Positions 12,408 to 26,200 of a stretch of DNA of 64,000 nt are shown piece by piece. Source of the stretch: Eledone cirrhosa (Eukaryota). Position 1 is the stretch's first letter. Each line of letters opens with the position of its first letter. Under the pieces are notes generated by a model. That model was not told the origin of the DNA. It saw nothing but the letters and a program-made list of their open reading frames with translations, and did not search any database. Both the position numbers and the translations under genes were made by a program. Location: contig OZ024743.1 in assembly GCA_964016885.1 (NCBI GenBank), positions 124,806,001 through 124,870,000 of the forward strand. Reading direction: 5' to 3'.

Positions 12408-12910
12408 CATCATCATCATCATCATCAACGTTTAACGTCCGTGTTCCACGCTTGCATGGGTTTGGACGGGGGTAGTCCCACTTGAGGCAAGAGTGATTGT
12501 CTTGCTCGCATAGGACTGTCTGGCAGGTTTTCTACAGTTGGATGCCCTTCCTAACACCAACCACGTTTACAGTGTGGACAGGGAGGTTTTTACCGTGTTA
12601 CCAACATAGCCACATTACAGCGTGGACTGTGTTTTTTTGTCCTGACACCTACACAACCTCATTCATTTAGGACTGGATGTTGTGGTACCAACATAGCTTT
12701 ACATCGAAAACGATGGTGTAGATGGCGGTGGGGGTAGGATTAGTGGGAAGGGGGTGTATTTTGATTAAGAGCTGCCTACTGACTGTAGGTTTCGCTTTGT
12801 ACTTAGGCAAGGCGGATCTTCTGTATTACTGCGTAGCGCCAAAGATCTCGGTCCAGTGACATTGTCTTGGAGAGGTGTAAGTGTGTGAGTTCGGATTTTA
12901 TCAAGTCGTC
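12408..12910 (-). mobile_element. RTE family A 3' fragment
   Basis: Reverse complement of ~8675-9151 including (GAT)n tail and the last ORF codons. Confidence 0.92.
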
Positions 12911-12998
12911 ATACATATATATATATATATACATACATATATACATATATATATATACTTATATATATACATATATATATATATATACATATATATAC

Positions 12999-13053
<55 letters not shown>

Positions 13054-13427
13054 CTTATATATATACATATATATATATATACTTATATATATACATATAT
13101 ATATATATACTTATATATATACAAATATATATATATATACTTATATATATACATATATATATATATACTTATATATATACATGTATATATATATACTTAT
13201 ATATATACATATATATACATATATATATACACACACATATATATATGTATATATATACACATGTATACATATATATAGATAGATATATACACATATATAT
13301 ATATATATATATACACACATTATATATATACATATATATACACACATATATTTATACATATATATACACACACATATATATATATATATACATATATATA
13401 CACACATATATATATATATATACACAC

Positions 13428-13458
<31 letters not shown>

Positions 13459-13523
13459 TATATATATACATATATATATATATACACAGACATATATATA
13501 TATATATACATATATATACATAT

Positions 13524-14955
13524 AGGAACAATTATAAGGGTATAAAACTGATGGATCAGGTTATGAAAGTGGCAGAAAGGATATTAGCACAACTAATTAG
13601 AGAAAGGGTCATACTAGATGAGATGCAGTTTGCTTTTGTGCCTGGGAAGAGTACAACAGATGCCCTCTTCTTGGTGAGACAATTGCAAGAGAGGTTCTTA
13701 GAGAAAAATAAGCCACTATACTTAGCCTTTGTTGACCTAGAGAAGGCCTTTGATAGGGCACCCCGATCTGTCATCTGGTTGTCCCTAAGCAAGCTAGGTG
13801 TTGAGGAATGGCTTGTGAGGACAGTGCAAACTTTGTACAGAGGTACTCTCAGTAAAGTCAGGGTAGGAATGGAGTTTAGCGAGGAATTCCAGATACAAGT
13901 AGGAGTACATCAGGGTTCGGTCCTCAGCCCGCTCTTGTTCATTATAGTCCTCCAAGCCATAACAGAGGAGTTTAAGACTGGCTGTCCATGGGAACTTTTC
14001 TATGCTGACGATCTGGTTCTTATAGCAGAATCAGTAGAGGAGCTAGAGAATAAATTCTGGCTATGGAAACAGCAGTTGGAAGCAAGAGGACTGAGAGTGA
14101 ACCTAGCTAAGACAAAAGTGTTGATGAGTAGAAAAGAGGACAAAACCCTGATTCTGTCAGGGAAATGGCCATGTTCGATATGCGGAAAAGGAACTGGCAT
14201 AAATTCTATAAAATGCACACAATGCAGATCCTGGGTACACAAGAGATGTAGATAGGGAGAAATATGTATGCAGTAGATGTACAGGGAAATTAGACAGTAG
14301 AAGTCGCATTGATAGACACATTTTTCAGATGCAGGAGGGCGCTATAGAAGTGGTGGATAGCTTCCGGTACCTAGGAGATCAGATTAGCATGGGAGGAGGG
14401 TGTTCTGAGGCCATAGTATCTAGAATAAGGACGGGTTGGAAGAAGTTTACGGAGCTACTTCCTCTGTTGACGAAGAAGGGTTTCTCCCTGCGTACGAAAG
14501 GCCGGTTGTATGATGCCCGTGTGAGGAGTGCGATGCTGCATGGTAGTGAGACATGGGCAGCAACTGCAGAGGATATGCGACGGCTGGAGAGAAATGAGGC
14601 AAGCATACTCCGTTGGATGTGCAGTGTAAATGTGCGTGAACGACCCAGCATAAATGTGTTGAGAGAGAAACTGTGTCTGAGAGGGATAGAATGTAGTGTA
14701 CGGGAGAGGAGACTGAGGTGGTATGGACATGTGATGCGCATGGCGGATGACCGATGGGTGAAGAAGTGCCAGGAAATGCCAGTTGAAGGAAGACGTGGTA
14801 GCGGTAGACCACGAAAAACATGGGCGGAGGTGGTGAGAACATTGAAGCTCATGGTGGAGATGACGAAGGACCGTGACAAGTGGAGAGATGCTGTGCTGAA
14901 TAAGACCCGTCCCACCCTTGCAAGCAGGGAAAAGCGGACGTAAAATGATGATGAT
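13524..14955 (+). mobile_element. RTE-clade LINE (family B), 5'-truncated RT pseudogene
   Basis: [12 protein letters not shown]...[10 protein letters not shown]...FYADD...[28 protein letters not shown], break near 14250, then FRYLG...RLRWYGHV...GRPRKTW...LASREKRT* directly into (GAT)n. Confidence 0.93.
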
Positions 14956-15050
14956 TATATATATATATACATATACACACACATATATATATATATATAT
15001 ACACATATATATAGACATATATATATACACGCATATATATATATACATAT

Positions 15051-15081
<31 letters not shown>

Positions 15082-15084
15082 CAC

Positions 15085-15117
<33 letters not shown>

Positions 15118-15134
15118 TATATATATATATACAC

Positions 15135-15167
<33 letters not shown>

Positions 15168-15248
15168 TATATATATATACACACATATATATATACACAC
15201 ATACATATACATATACACACATACATATATATATATATACATATATAT

Positions 15249-15388
15249 GTGAGAAAAACCAGACCATCCATCTCAATTCTACTTTTGAAAAGCAGAACTG
15301 CGAAACCGGTAAAGGAACCAAATAAATATATGTATTTTTTTAAAAATAAGACTCCAGTTGCATTTTCGATTTCATCTTTTTGTCTTTA
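15249..15388 (+). mobile_element. Penelope-like terminal fragment with degenerate minimal hammerhead
   Basis: CTTT-TGAAAA-GCAG AA CTGC-GAAA-CCGGT-AAAG followed by AATAAA, in TA tract. Confidence 0.55.
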
Positions 15389-15395
15389 TATATAC

Positions 15396-15445
<50 letters not shown>

Positions 15446-15636
15446 GTATACACATATACACACACATATATATTCACATATATATATACACACATATATA
15501 TATATACATATATTTACACATATATATATACATACATATACATATATATAGACATATACACATATATATATATATATACACACACATATATATATATACA
15601 CACACATATATATACACATATATATATATACACATA

Positions 15637-15996
15637 CTGTGAGAGCCCTGGTTTTCTGTTGAGCTCTGCTGATGAATGAAATCTAACCGTGACCATCTCC
15701 ACTGAAAGTTTTCATGAAATAGTCTTTTAAGACTATACAGAGCATTTGATGTTATTCCAAATTGAAGGATAAGTGTTTCAAACTTTATTTTATCATGAGT
15801 TAAAGGTCTATAGATTTTTGCCCAGATTTCACTAAATTCTGTGGATGAATTTATATCCTGATTCTCTTTTGAGATGAGTTTGAGTTATTTTTCCTAAATC
15901 TTTCGTTAACTACTTTTCCCATCTTGACGTTATAGTCGCATATATGTTATAGAATGCCGTTAGCTTCTTGCTAAAACAATCTCTATACCTCTCATT
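15637..15996 (+). mobile_element. Short non-coding hammerhead-bearing element
   Basis: ~360-bp unique insert between microsatellites containing a complete hammerhead near its 5' end. Confidence 0.7.
15663..15743 (+). ncRNA. Type I hammerhead ribozyme
   Basis: Stem I GCTCTG/CAGAGC; CTGATGA 15669-15675; stem II ATGAAA/TTTCAT; GAAA 15716-15719; stem III TAGTCT-TTTA-AGACTA; ATA triplet, predicted cut after 15737. Confidence 0.9.
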
Positions 15997-17349
15997 TATA
16001 TACACATATATATATAGACATATATATATATATATATATATATAGACATATATATATATACACATATATATATATAGACATAACGGTGAGTGTGTTCTGT
16101 TATTAATTCTGGCAATATTACACAAATCTGACCCTCCCCATATATAGACATATATATACATATATATAGACATAGACATATATACTCACACATATATACA
16201 TATATATACACACACACACATCTATTTATATATATATATATATAGACATAGACATATATACTCACACATATATACATATATATACACACACACATCTATT
16301 TATATATATATATATAGACATAGATATATATACTCACACATATATACATATATATACACACACACACACATATAGATTTATATATATATATATAGACAGA
16401 CATATATACTCACACATATATACATATATATACACACACACACACACACATATAGATTTATATATATATATAGACATAGACATATATACTCACACATATA
16501 TACATATATATACACACACACATATATATTTTTATATATATATATATATATATAGACATAGACATATATACTCACACATATATACATATATATACACACA
16601 CACACATCTATTTATATATATATATAGACATAGACATATATACTCACACATATATACATATATATACACACACACACACATATAGATTTATATATATATA
16701 TATAGACATAGACATATATACTCACACATATATACATATATATACACACACACACATCTATTTATATATATATATAGACATAGACATATATGCTCACACA
16801 TATATACATATATATACACACACACACACATATAGATTTATATATATATATATAGACATAGACATATATACTCACACATATATACATATATACACACACA
16901 CACACACACACATAGATTTATATATATATATATATAGACATAGACATATATACTCACACATATATACATATATATATATATACACACACACACATATATA
17001 TATATATACACATATATATATATAGACATAACGGTGAGTGTGTTCTGTTATTAATTCTGGCAATATTACACAAATCTGACCCTCCCCATATATAGACATA
17101 TATATACATATATATAGACATAGACATATATGCTCACACATATATACATATATATACACACACACACACACATATAGATTTATATATATATATATATATA
17201 GACATAGACATATATACTCACACATATATACATATATATATATATACACACACACACATATATATTTATATATATATACACACACACATATATATTTATA
17301 TATATATAGACATAGACATATATACTCACACATATATACACACACATAT

Positions 17350-17396
<47 letters not shown>

Positions 17397-17397
17397 T
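15997..17397. repeat. Higher-order compound microsatellite (~55-65-bp units) ending in (GA)n
   Basis: Recurrent unit ..TAGACATAGACATATATACTCACACATATATACATATATATACACACAC..; a ~58-bp unique segment is duplicated at ~16082 and ~17030. Confidence 0.9.
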
Positions 17398-17562
17398 TGG
17401 GAGCCAAACGTGTGATTGATGTTGCTGTCGCTGATGTCGCTTTAGATAGTTCATCAAACCAAGAAGTGACTGTCATAAAGACAGCGTGCAGGTAAGTTTT
17501 CCCCCTGTGCTTGATTGAGTCTGATTATCGTGGCATGCTTTAGATACATACATTCATACATA

Positions 17563-17642
17563 CAGGGTGTCCCAAAACAATGTATACACACTTGAACAGC
17601 ATTCTGATGAAAATGTGTACACATTTTTGGCGGGACACCTTG
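17563..17642. mobile_element. Tc1/mariner-type MITE (80 bp)
   Basis: TA|CAGGGTGTCCCAAAA...TTTTTGGCGGGACACCTTG imperfect terminal inverted repeats. Confidence 0.6.
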
Positions 17643-17644
17643 TG

Positions 17645-17684
<40 letters not shown>

Positions 17685-18448
17685 CACACACATTTATAAG
17701 CGCGCACACGCACACACACACACACGTATAATATATATATATATATATATATATACAAACACATACACACACAAAGCAAAATTCAATCGCAGTGATCATT
17801 TTGGGATGGAAGCCTAATAATAACAATACCTAGCTGTCTTGTCAACATTAAACAGCGGGTATAACAATATCCTGAGCGTACTCAGGTCCCACTAATTTTG
17901 ATAACAATGAACTTTTGATAACATTATCTGTTACCATAATAAACAGCTTCGTACCAACTCTCTCTCTATCTCTTTGTATATACAGAAGATCATATTTAAA
18001 GTGGTCTTCGATACAATATTAATTTATTAATCTGTAGAGTATATATATATATATATATTTCACTATAAATAGAATAAATACATATATTTACACACCGATC
18101 CCAGTGTATCAGTCAGAACACTTCACAGAAGCCGACACACTTACGCACGGAAAAACAAAATCAACAACCTAATTTTTTATAAACAAAAAACAACGGAGTG
18201 AAAGGAGAAATAGGATTCATACTTAGGAAATATTTTTATATAAATTAAGAATCCTTTATCAGAAAGCATAATAAAAAATATTTATCTATTTACGTGATAA
18301 AACGAAATAACAAATACTCTTTTTTTTGTTTCGTTATCTAAAACGAAAACAAAGCGAAATGACAAAAAGCCAAAGAAGTGTGCGATAACAGGAGAGAAGA
18401 AATGTTTTGATGATTAGATATGATAAGACGTAAACTTTCTATACTTAC

Positions 18449-18569
18449 AGTATGTTTTCCACTGCGGGAGCTGTTCATTACTGCTGTTGCCACCACCACT
18501 GCCATCTACGATACAATAAGAAGAAGGATTGTGGTTACGAATCGAATTCCTGATGCGATATTTCGGCAT
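18449..18569 (-). CDS. Putative first coding exon of an unidentified host gene (40 codons + 1 nt)
   Basis: AACC-ATG start, open frame MPKYRIRNSIRNHNPSSYCIVDGSGGGNSSNEQLPQWKTY, followed by donor GTAAGT (18448-18443); non-repetitive, CpG-retaining context. No homology recognised. Confidence 0.5.
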
Positions 18570-19010
18570 GGTTAAAACATCCACGGGTCAAGGATAAGTA
18601 TATAACAAAAATACTCATTGCAAAGAGCAAGAACGTAAGCAACACATTTTTGTAAGTGGTGTCGATGCTGCGAGGTTGCTGCTGACTAACTTAGTGGCCA
18701 CTAGTAGTGGCCAGTAAATAACTTAAGTGCAACACAGTCTGACTGTTGAGGAAATGCTATAAAAGAATAATAGAAAACAGAACCACTTCTGCGCGCGTGC
18801 GTACACACACACACACACAAAGAGGGAGATAAAGACAACACACACACAAACACCAGTAACCAGAAATAATGCTGTGGGAAAATTAGTAAATATAATAAGA
18901 ATATTGTAAAACGTTCCGAACACGAAAACGTACACACACACATACACACACCCGATATGTAAATGTAGATAAGAAAATCTCAATTTTTTACAATATTTTT
19001 TACGAATTTA
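18570..19010 (-). promoter_or_regulatory. Putative 5'UTR/promoter region of the minus-strand gene
   Basis: CpG visibly more frequent (e.g. GCGCGCGTGCGTAC at 18791) than in CpG-depleted flanks; free of TE insertions. Confidence 0.3.
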
Positions 19011-20059
19011 ATTCCTTTTTTATTTGACTTAGTTATCTATTCATATTGAATTGGAGTGAGGTACAGTTCATTATATTTATTCAAAAACAACTTTTTTTGA
19101 CGTGTTTATAAACATCTGCTAACATGTGTCTAGGAATATTGAGTGGGCTCTTTTTAGTTCCAATCAACATTTACAATGATAAAAAGGAACAGAAAGGGTG
19201 AGTGGGAGAAAATGCACCACTCAACACCATTTTTTCTATTAAAAAGGATTATGAGGAACATCAAACCATAGGAATTGTGTTTCAGGGAAAACGTAGTTGC
19301 AACAGTGAAATAATTTGGTATTTGCCAACTCCCTTTCTATAAGGATGGATATATATGTTTATAGGAAGAACAATGTTAGTTAAGTATAAGAAAGTAGCAC
19401 TCAGTAGGTAGTCAGCTATTACTACTACAACTACCCCCTCCCATTAGAAGTCATTAGACTTGAGATGAACAATATTACAACTATAAATGGGGAAGGACTG
19501 GTGTGAACAGCATTGGAGAAGTGTGTAAATGTTTAATAGATGATTGTCAGTGAACAAGTGATATAGTTAGTGCATATGATTATATAGAAGAAACAGACAC
19601 AATCTGCTTAAACGAGGAAGAAAAATATATTACATAATGACTTATAAAAAGACAGGATGTTCACGGTTGGTACACCTTTGATCACAGGTTTGCTGGATCA
19701 GAGTTGAGCTGAGACTTAACAAAGAGAGAAGTAGGGAAGCAAATATAAAATTAAATTAGAAAAAAGAAGAAACGGATATAATATGAAAAATAAGAGTTTA
19801 CTGTAAAGAGGATGGAGAATTTGAGAATTACTAAAGCATCTAAGCAGGAAATAAAGTATATATATCCATATGTAGATGCTGGCTGAGAGAAAGGAGAACT
19901 CAATACCGAATCAAAGTTTAAATATTCATATTATTAAGGCTAGTGAAAAGAGAGTTGTATATACATACACACACACACATATATACACACACACATATAT
20001 ACATACACATATATATATATATATACACACATAGGTATATACACACATACATATACATT

Positions 20060-20305
20060 TCATCATCATCACTGTTTAATGTCCATCTTTCACACTAGCA
20101 TGGGTTAGACAGGAGTTGTCCCACTTGAGGCAAGATTGGTCGGGTGACCGTGTCTCGCTCGTATAGGACTATCTGACACATTTTCTATGGCTGGGTGCTC
20201 TTCCTAACACCAACCACATTTACAGTGTGGACTGGGATTTTTTTACCGTGTTACCTACACGGTCACATTACAGCATGGACTGTTTTTTTTTTTGTCGTGA
20301 CTCCT
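20060..20305 (-). mobile_element. RTE-A-like 3'UTR/SINE tail fragment
   Basis: Matches reverse complement of ~8905-9150; similar piece at 29607-29846 (+). Confidence 0.75.
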
Positions 20306-20334
20306 ATACACATACACACACACATATATATATA

Positions 20335-20662
20335 TCATCATCATCATCATCATCCTTTCATTTTACGTCTGCTTTTCCCTGCTTGCAAGGGTGGGACAGG
20401 AACTGATTCTGGCTTGATTTCTATAGCTGGATGCCCTTCCTAACACCAATCTCATTTACAGTGAGTGCTGGGTGCTTTTTTTGCCATGGCACCTCCACGA
20501 CCACTTTGCAGTGGAATGATAGGGACCCCTGTCCCTATCATCTCATTTCTACAGCTGAGTAAACTGGAGCAATGTGAAATAAAGTGTCTTGCTCAAGGAA
20601 ACAGCACATCACTCGGTCTGAGAATTGAACTCACAACCTTTCGATTGCAAGGCCAATGCTCT
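20335..20662 (-). mobile_element. tRNA-derived CORE-like SINE with RTE-B tail
   Basis: B-box GAGTTCAATTC, shared body, (GAT)n tail. Confidence 0.85.
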
Positions 20663-20664
20663 AT

Positions 20665-20711
<47 letters not shown>

Positions 20712-20830
20712 TACATATAAATATGTATATATATATATATATACATGTATATATATATATACACACACATACATATATATATATATATGTATATATATAT
20801 ATCTATACATGTATATATATATATATATCT

Positions 20831-20868
<38 letters not shown>

Positions 20869-21076
20869 ATATATATATATATACATGTATATATACACAC
20901 ACATACATACATATATATATATATATATGTATATATACACATACATATATATATGTATATATATATATATTTATATATACACACACATACATATGTATAT
21001 ATATATATATATTTATATATACACACACACATATATATATATATATATGTATATAATATGAATATATATATGTATA

Positions 21077-21414
21077 TCATCATCATCATCATTTTACGTC
21101 CGCTTTTCCCTGCTTGCAAGGGTGGGATGGGAACTGATTCTGGCTTTATTTCTACAGCTGGATGCCCTTCCTAACACCAACCTCATTTACAGTGTGGGCT
21201 GGGTACTTTTTTGCTGTGGCACCTCCACAACCACTTTGCAGTGAAATGATAGGAACCCCAGTCCCTATCATCTCATTTCTACAGCTGAGTAAACTGGAGC
21301 AATGTGAAATAAAGTGTCTTGCTCAAGGACACAACGCATCACCCGGTCTGAGAATTGAACTCACAACCTTTCGATTGCAAGGCCAATGCTCTAACCACTA
21401 AGCCATGTGCCTCC
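21077..21414 (-). mobile_element. Full-length tRNA-derived CORE-like SINE with RTE-B tail
   Basis: A-box TGGCTTAGTGG, B-box GAGTTCAATTC, tail CCCACCCTTGCAAGCAGGGAAAAGCGGACGTAAAATGATG identical to the RTE-B end. Confidence 0.9.
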
Positions 21415-21563
21415 ATCTATGAATATATATATGTATGTATATGAACTCCAACCACAGCCGGCTATTCCCAGTGAATGTTTTGGTTGCCGACTCTGTGCAA
21501 GACATTTTAGATATTGGCTTGGCTAAAAAACCACATTCGATCGCAGCGCTGTTAATTGCTATC

Positions 21564-21603
<40 letters not shown>

Positions 21604-21679
21604 TATTATTGTTGTTGTTGTCGTTATTATTATTGTTGTTATTATTATTATTATGTATGTTTTTTTTTGTTTTTTTTTC

Positions 21680-21721
21680 TCGTGCAATGACCATACTCGA
21701 TAACGAGGGGGCAGCCGTCAT
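21680..21721 (+). mobile_element. Tiny 3' stub of a TA-tailed RTE relative
   Basis: ATACTCGATAACGAGGGGGCAGCCGTCAT resembles the 3' hairpin/end of the 600-bp element. Confidence 0.5.
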
Positions 21722-22301
21722 GTATATATATATATAAAAAGTTAACCTTTTCATTAAAGGGAAAATTGGAAAGGTTTGAAATGATATAATTGCCACTTTT
21801 TTCCAGATAAGAGCACTCTTTGGATAGACAGAGTTGCTCTTGTATAAATGTTCAAAATAGCTGGTATCATCTGGTGGGAATAAAACAAATTCAACTGGTC
21901 CTTATTCATAAAAAAGAACATTTATGTTCCTTTTTTTTTTTTAATTTATATATTTCCTTTCAAGGAACGTATTTATACTCTCAGCTGCCTGCAATGGTAT
22001 CTTTGGAATATTGTTAATTTTTCAGTAATCTACTGATATCAAAATCAGTAGTATATTGAAAAATGGAAAAATAGGATATGGGGGGGGGGGGGGGGGGCGT
22101 TTCGTGATTTCGAGAGACAAAAGTGGGCGTTTGGCCTAAATGGGTTGAGAACCTGTGATCTACAACAATAACAAGAACAACATACTCTGTCAAATCTACA
22201 GGAAACACTGCTCCTGGTTACAGTGAGCCCCCAGTCCTCATCATCATCACCATCATTGTTTAACAGCTGCTTCCCCCTGCTATATATATATATACATATA
22301 T

Positions 22302-23010
22302 CATCATCATCATCATCATCAGCGTTTAACGTCCGTGTTCCACGCTTGCATGGGTTTGGACGGGGGTAGTCCCACTTGAGGCAAGAGTGATTGTCTTGCT
22401 CGCATAGGACTGTCTGGCAGGTTTTCTACAGTTGGATGCCCTTCCTAACACCAACCACATTTACAGTGTGGGTCTGGGAGGTTTTTGCCGTGTTGCCTAC
22501 ACGGCCACATTACAGCGTGGACTGTGTGTTTTTTTGTCGTGACACCTACACGATCTCATTTGTTTCGGCCTCGATGGCGCGGCACCAACATAACTTTACA
22601 TAGAACGGGGTGGTGTGGATCGGGTGGGGGTGGTGGGACGGGGTGTATTTGTTAGAGATGCCTACTGGCTGGAGTAGGTTTTACTATATATTTAGGTAAG
22701 GCGGGTCTTCTCTGTTACTGAGTACCGCCAAAGGTCTCGGTCCAGTGACATTGTCTTGGAGAGGTGTAAGTGTGTGATGTCGGAGTTTATCAGCTCGTCC
22801 CAGGTTTTTCTAGGTCTGCCTATTCCGTGACTACCGTCTATCTTTATTGCCCTGCACTTTGTTATACAGCTATCGACTTTCATGCGCATCACGTGTCCAT
22901 ACCAACGTAGCCTTCTCTCGAGTAAACAACATCTGATCCCTCTTATCTCTAATTTATTCCTTAGTTCGTTTATGCTTTGCCGTTCACGTATATTACTGTT
23001 ACACATCCAC
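22302..23010 (-). mobile_element. RTE family A 3' fragment
   Basis: ORF 22692..23012 nearly identical to the C-terminus of the 947-aa ORF, plus the full 3'UTR and tail. Confidence 0.95.
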
Positions 23011-23074
23011 AACCCACAAACACCAAGCTATCAATAACATTCCTTAAATCTCAACCTTTCACATCTGATCCAGA

Positions 23075-23270
23075 CAAAGGAGACAACTGTGTGGAACCTG
23101 CTAGAAATACCAGCCAAATCTCCCCAAAATCACACACTACTATCTCTGGATGCAGTGGCTAATGTAGTCATAGGTACAAATGTATGGAAAAAAGATGGGA
23201 TGGTCATGGCTTGAATGCCTTTGATCATAGGTTTGGTGGATCAGAGTAGACCTGAGGCTAAATAACAATA
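23075..23270 (+). repeat. Unclassified old interspersed repeat
   Basis: CCTGCTAGAAATA.CAGCCAAATC...GATCATAGGT...GACCTGAGGCTAAATAACAA; diverged relatives at ~19600-19725, 38030-38250, 41340-41960 (split, minus) and 63020-63135. Confidence 0.6.
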
Positions 23271-26200
23271 GATTGAATAGAATCAATTTGAGTAGAATTA
23301 ATGAAGACTACTCAACAAGAACATTGTCAATATGACTATAAATCTAAGTTAGATTGATTTTTTTAAAGTAATTGTAATTATAGGTAATGAATTGGCAGAG
23401 TTGCTAGACTGTCAGATAGGATGTTTTGCAGTATTCATTCTGGTTCTCTGCTATCTAAGTTCAAATCCTGACAAAGTCAACTTTGCTTTTCAACCTATCA
23501 AGGGCAATAAATAAAGTATCAGTCAAATGCTAGGGTAGATTTTTCTTCTATTTCTCTTTTTCACTCTCTCTATCTATAGAAGAAATCAGCTGTGTTCATT
23601 CCTAGAGAAGGATGAACTCTGCCAGGTTTAAATGGCCAAGATGATGCCACTATGACTCCATCAGAAGTTAAGAGCCCCATGCAATTATAATTACTAAGAA
23701 TGTAAAAATATGAGCATGTACATTATCAACCCACTTTCAATGATAAACATTCAGTTGTTCAATCAACAGAACGTCTAAATTGTTAATTAAGGTGTGACAG
23801 AGTATTGCACAGACACATGTACCCTTAACGTAATACCCAAACCAAATCAGTATGACATAATATGTGATATGGCTAGACCATTGAATTACTGGTACAATCT
23901 ATCGAATGAATTTACACATAGTTTCCATCTACCCAATTTCACTCACAAAGTTTGGGTCAACTTGAGGCTATGGTAAAAGGCACTTACTCAAGATGCTATG
24001 CAATGGGATCAAACCCTAGAACTCATGATTATGAAGTGAACTCCTTAACCATTCAGCCATACCTGCATCAAACCCACTTTAGTGACTGTTTGAATCACAG
24101 TAGTTAATATGCCATTAGTCAAAGACAGTAAATTAGAAGTGTTATTAGAGTGCATTGTAGTGTTTGTTCCAGTTCTTTGAGCTCTAAGTTTAAAATCTGC
24201 CGAAGTCAACTTTGTCTTTCATGGTTTTATGATCAATAAAATAAAGCATCCATCCAAGTTAGTGAATTTCTGGAATTGTTAGAGCATCTGATATGACCCC
24301 TTTGTGGTGTCTGTTCTAACAGTAAAACCTGTGATGACAGTGCTTCCAAACAATATCAGTCCTTGCCTTTTACTTTGACAACAGGAGGTGGTGCAGAGAG
24401 CAGAGACCTTTATATTTGAGTAACTGCTGTTCTTCCATTAAAAGAAAAAAAAATACCTTACCCAGGCTTGCAGTTTTTGTCATCATTGTTCAACTTATTT
24501 AAATGCTAAGGGATAGTTATGAGGGTACTTGACTATCCCAGCCACTCAGCCTCACTATCACCTGAAGTAATGACATGAGCATTTTGGGTTGCCTCAAAAA
24601 TTGTTAGAAGGAAACACTAGTATTCCTTGCTTTATATTTGAGTATGCATATCTTCTACCTTTTTTTCTTTGTGACCTTTTTATTAATTTTTTAAATCATA
24701 TTTATTATATGGGTTGTATTAACATTGAAATAAAACCCAATATTAAAAGATTAAACTTAGACTCCTAACTACATTAAAATATTGCAAATATTAAGATTTA
24801 ATTTCAGGTGATCTATTTCTAAGTATGATATTTTCATTTAATTTATAAATCTTTAATTCTATTCAGTTAGCAATCAACAAGAATTGAGAACATTTACAAA
24901 TGTGTTGGCAAATGAACAGATAAAACATTGAGTATGTATATTTGAAGAAAATATATGGAGCATGTAAAGAAAACAGTTGTTTCTTACTTCTTAGCAGATA
25001 GAGAGAACTATCTAATCTTGACTAACACATAATTTGGATGGAATTACTGGAAGATGAAGTAAAATGATTCTAGATCAGAAATAGCTTTTTTCTTCTATAT
25101 CAGTAATATTGAGGACAATTATCCAAAACATACTAAGATTACTGCCAAATATTTTCAGTAGCCAGACACCAATAGTAAGTCCTTCGATGGCATAAGGTCT
25201 AAATGGTTAACCCTTTCATGACTATATTTCTAATGAAATACATTGTTCAAATGTATTGGTTTTTTGGGTTTTTTTTTTTACAGGGTCTTCAAATACTTGC
25301 AACGGGATGGACTTTACTAAAGGCATTTAAAGATCAAGTGATTGTGTTAAATTGAATAGTCTACCACTCAAGTAGACAAGAATGACATTTGAACTCAGAA
25401 CCCAATTCAACGTACAATGGTTAGAAGTAGGAAAATCTGTCTTGAGCCTAGAGGCTCATCAGGTTAGAACTTAATACAGTTTCATGTGGCATTAAGTGAC
25501 AGAGTACAAGACTCCCTCCCAAACAGGATGTCAGTCCATCACAAGGTTAAACCTCAAGTGCTGGTACTTATTTCTTTAGCTGAGTTGACGAGGTCATGTA
25601 AAATGACACGCCTTGCTTAAAAACACAATCCACTGCCCAGGCTGTGGATTGAATCTACAAATTTATGATTGTAAGTCCAACTTCCTAACTAGTAGGTTGT
25701 GCAGTAGGAAAGGTATTCCCTAAAGTAATCATTTTTCTTAAAATTTATACATAAACTTTCAAAAAACATGTTATCATGAAAAAAGGATATAAAGTTGATA
25801 TAGAAAAAAATCCTTCAATTCTCTGATATGAAATATTAACTCTTTTATCAGTCATTTACATAGGTGCCATTCTAATAGTAACACATAGTAACACACCAGA
25901 CAAATACTTACATTATATAGAAAAAATGGACACACACATACACACACACTAATCCATATACACACTCATAAATATTTTGAATCAGATAGCTGAATTATTA
26001 ATTCAAATACTATAGCCAAGGTCCCTGTATAGAAGCTATATGACTAAAGAGATTAAGCTACAATTGGTGATAAGGAAGAGAGTTGAATAATTTTACAAAG
26101 AGCAGTGCACTGCCCACTTATCTCAAGTCTAAAGAAATATATATATCTTATTTTCCAGTACTATAATATTTTCTATACTATAATATTCACTCTATTATTT

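Noticed and set aside
24461-24561. Minus-strand segment bounded by CAG and GTAAG
   Set aside because: Stops in all three frames and a weak polypyrimidine tract; no support as a coding exon.
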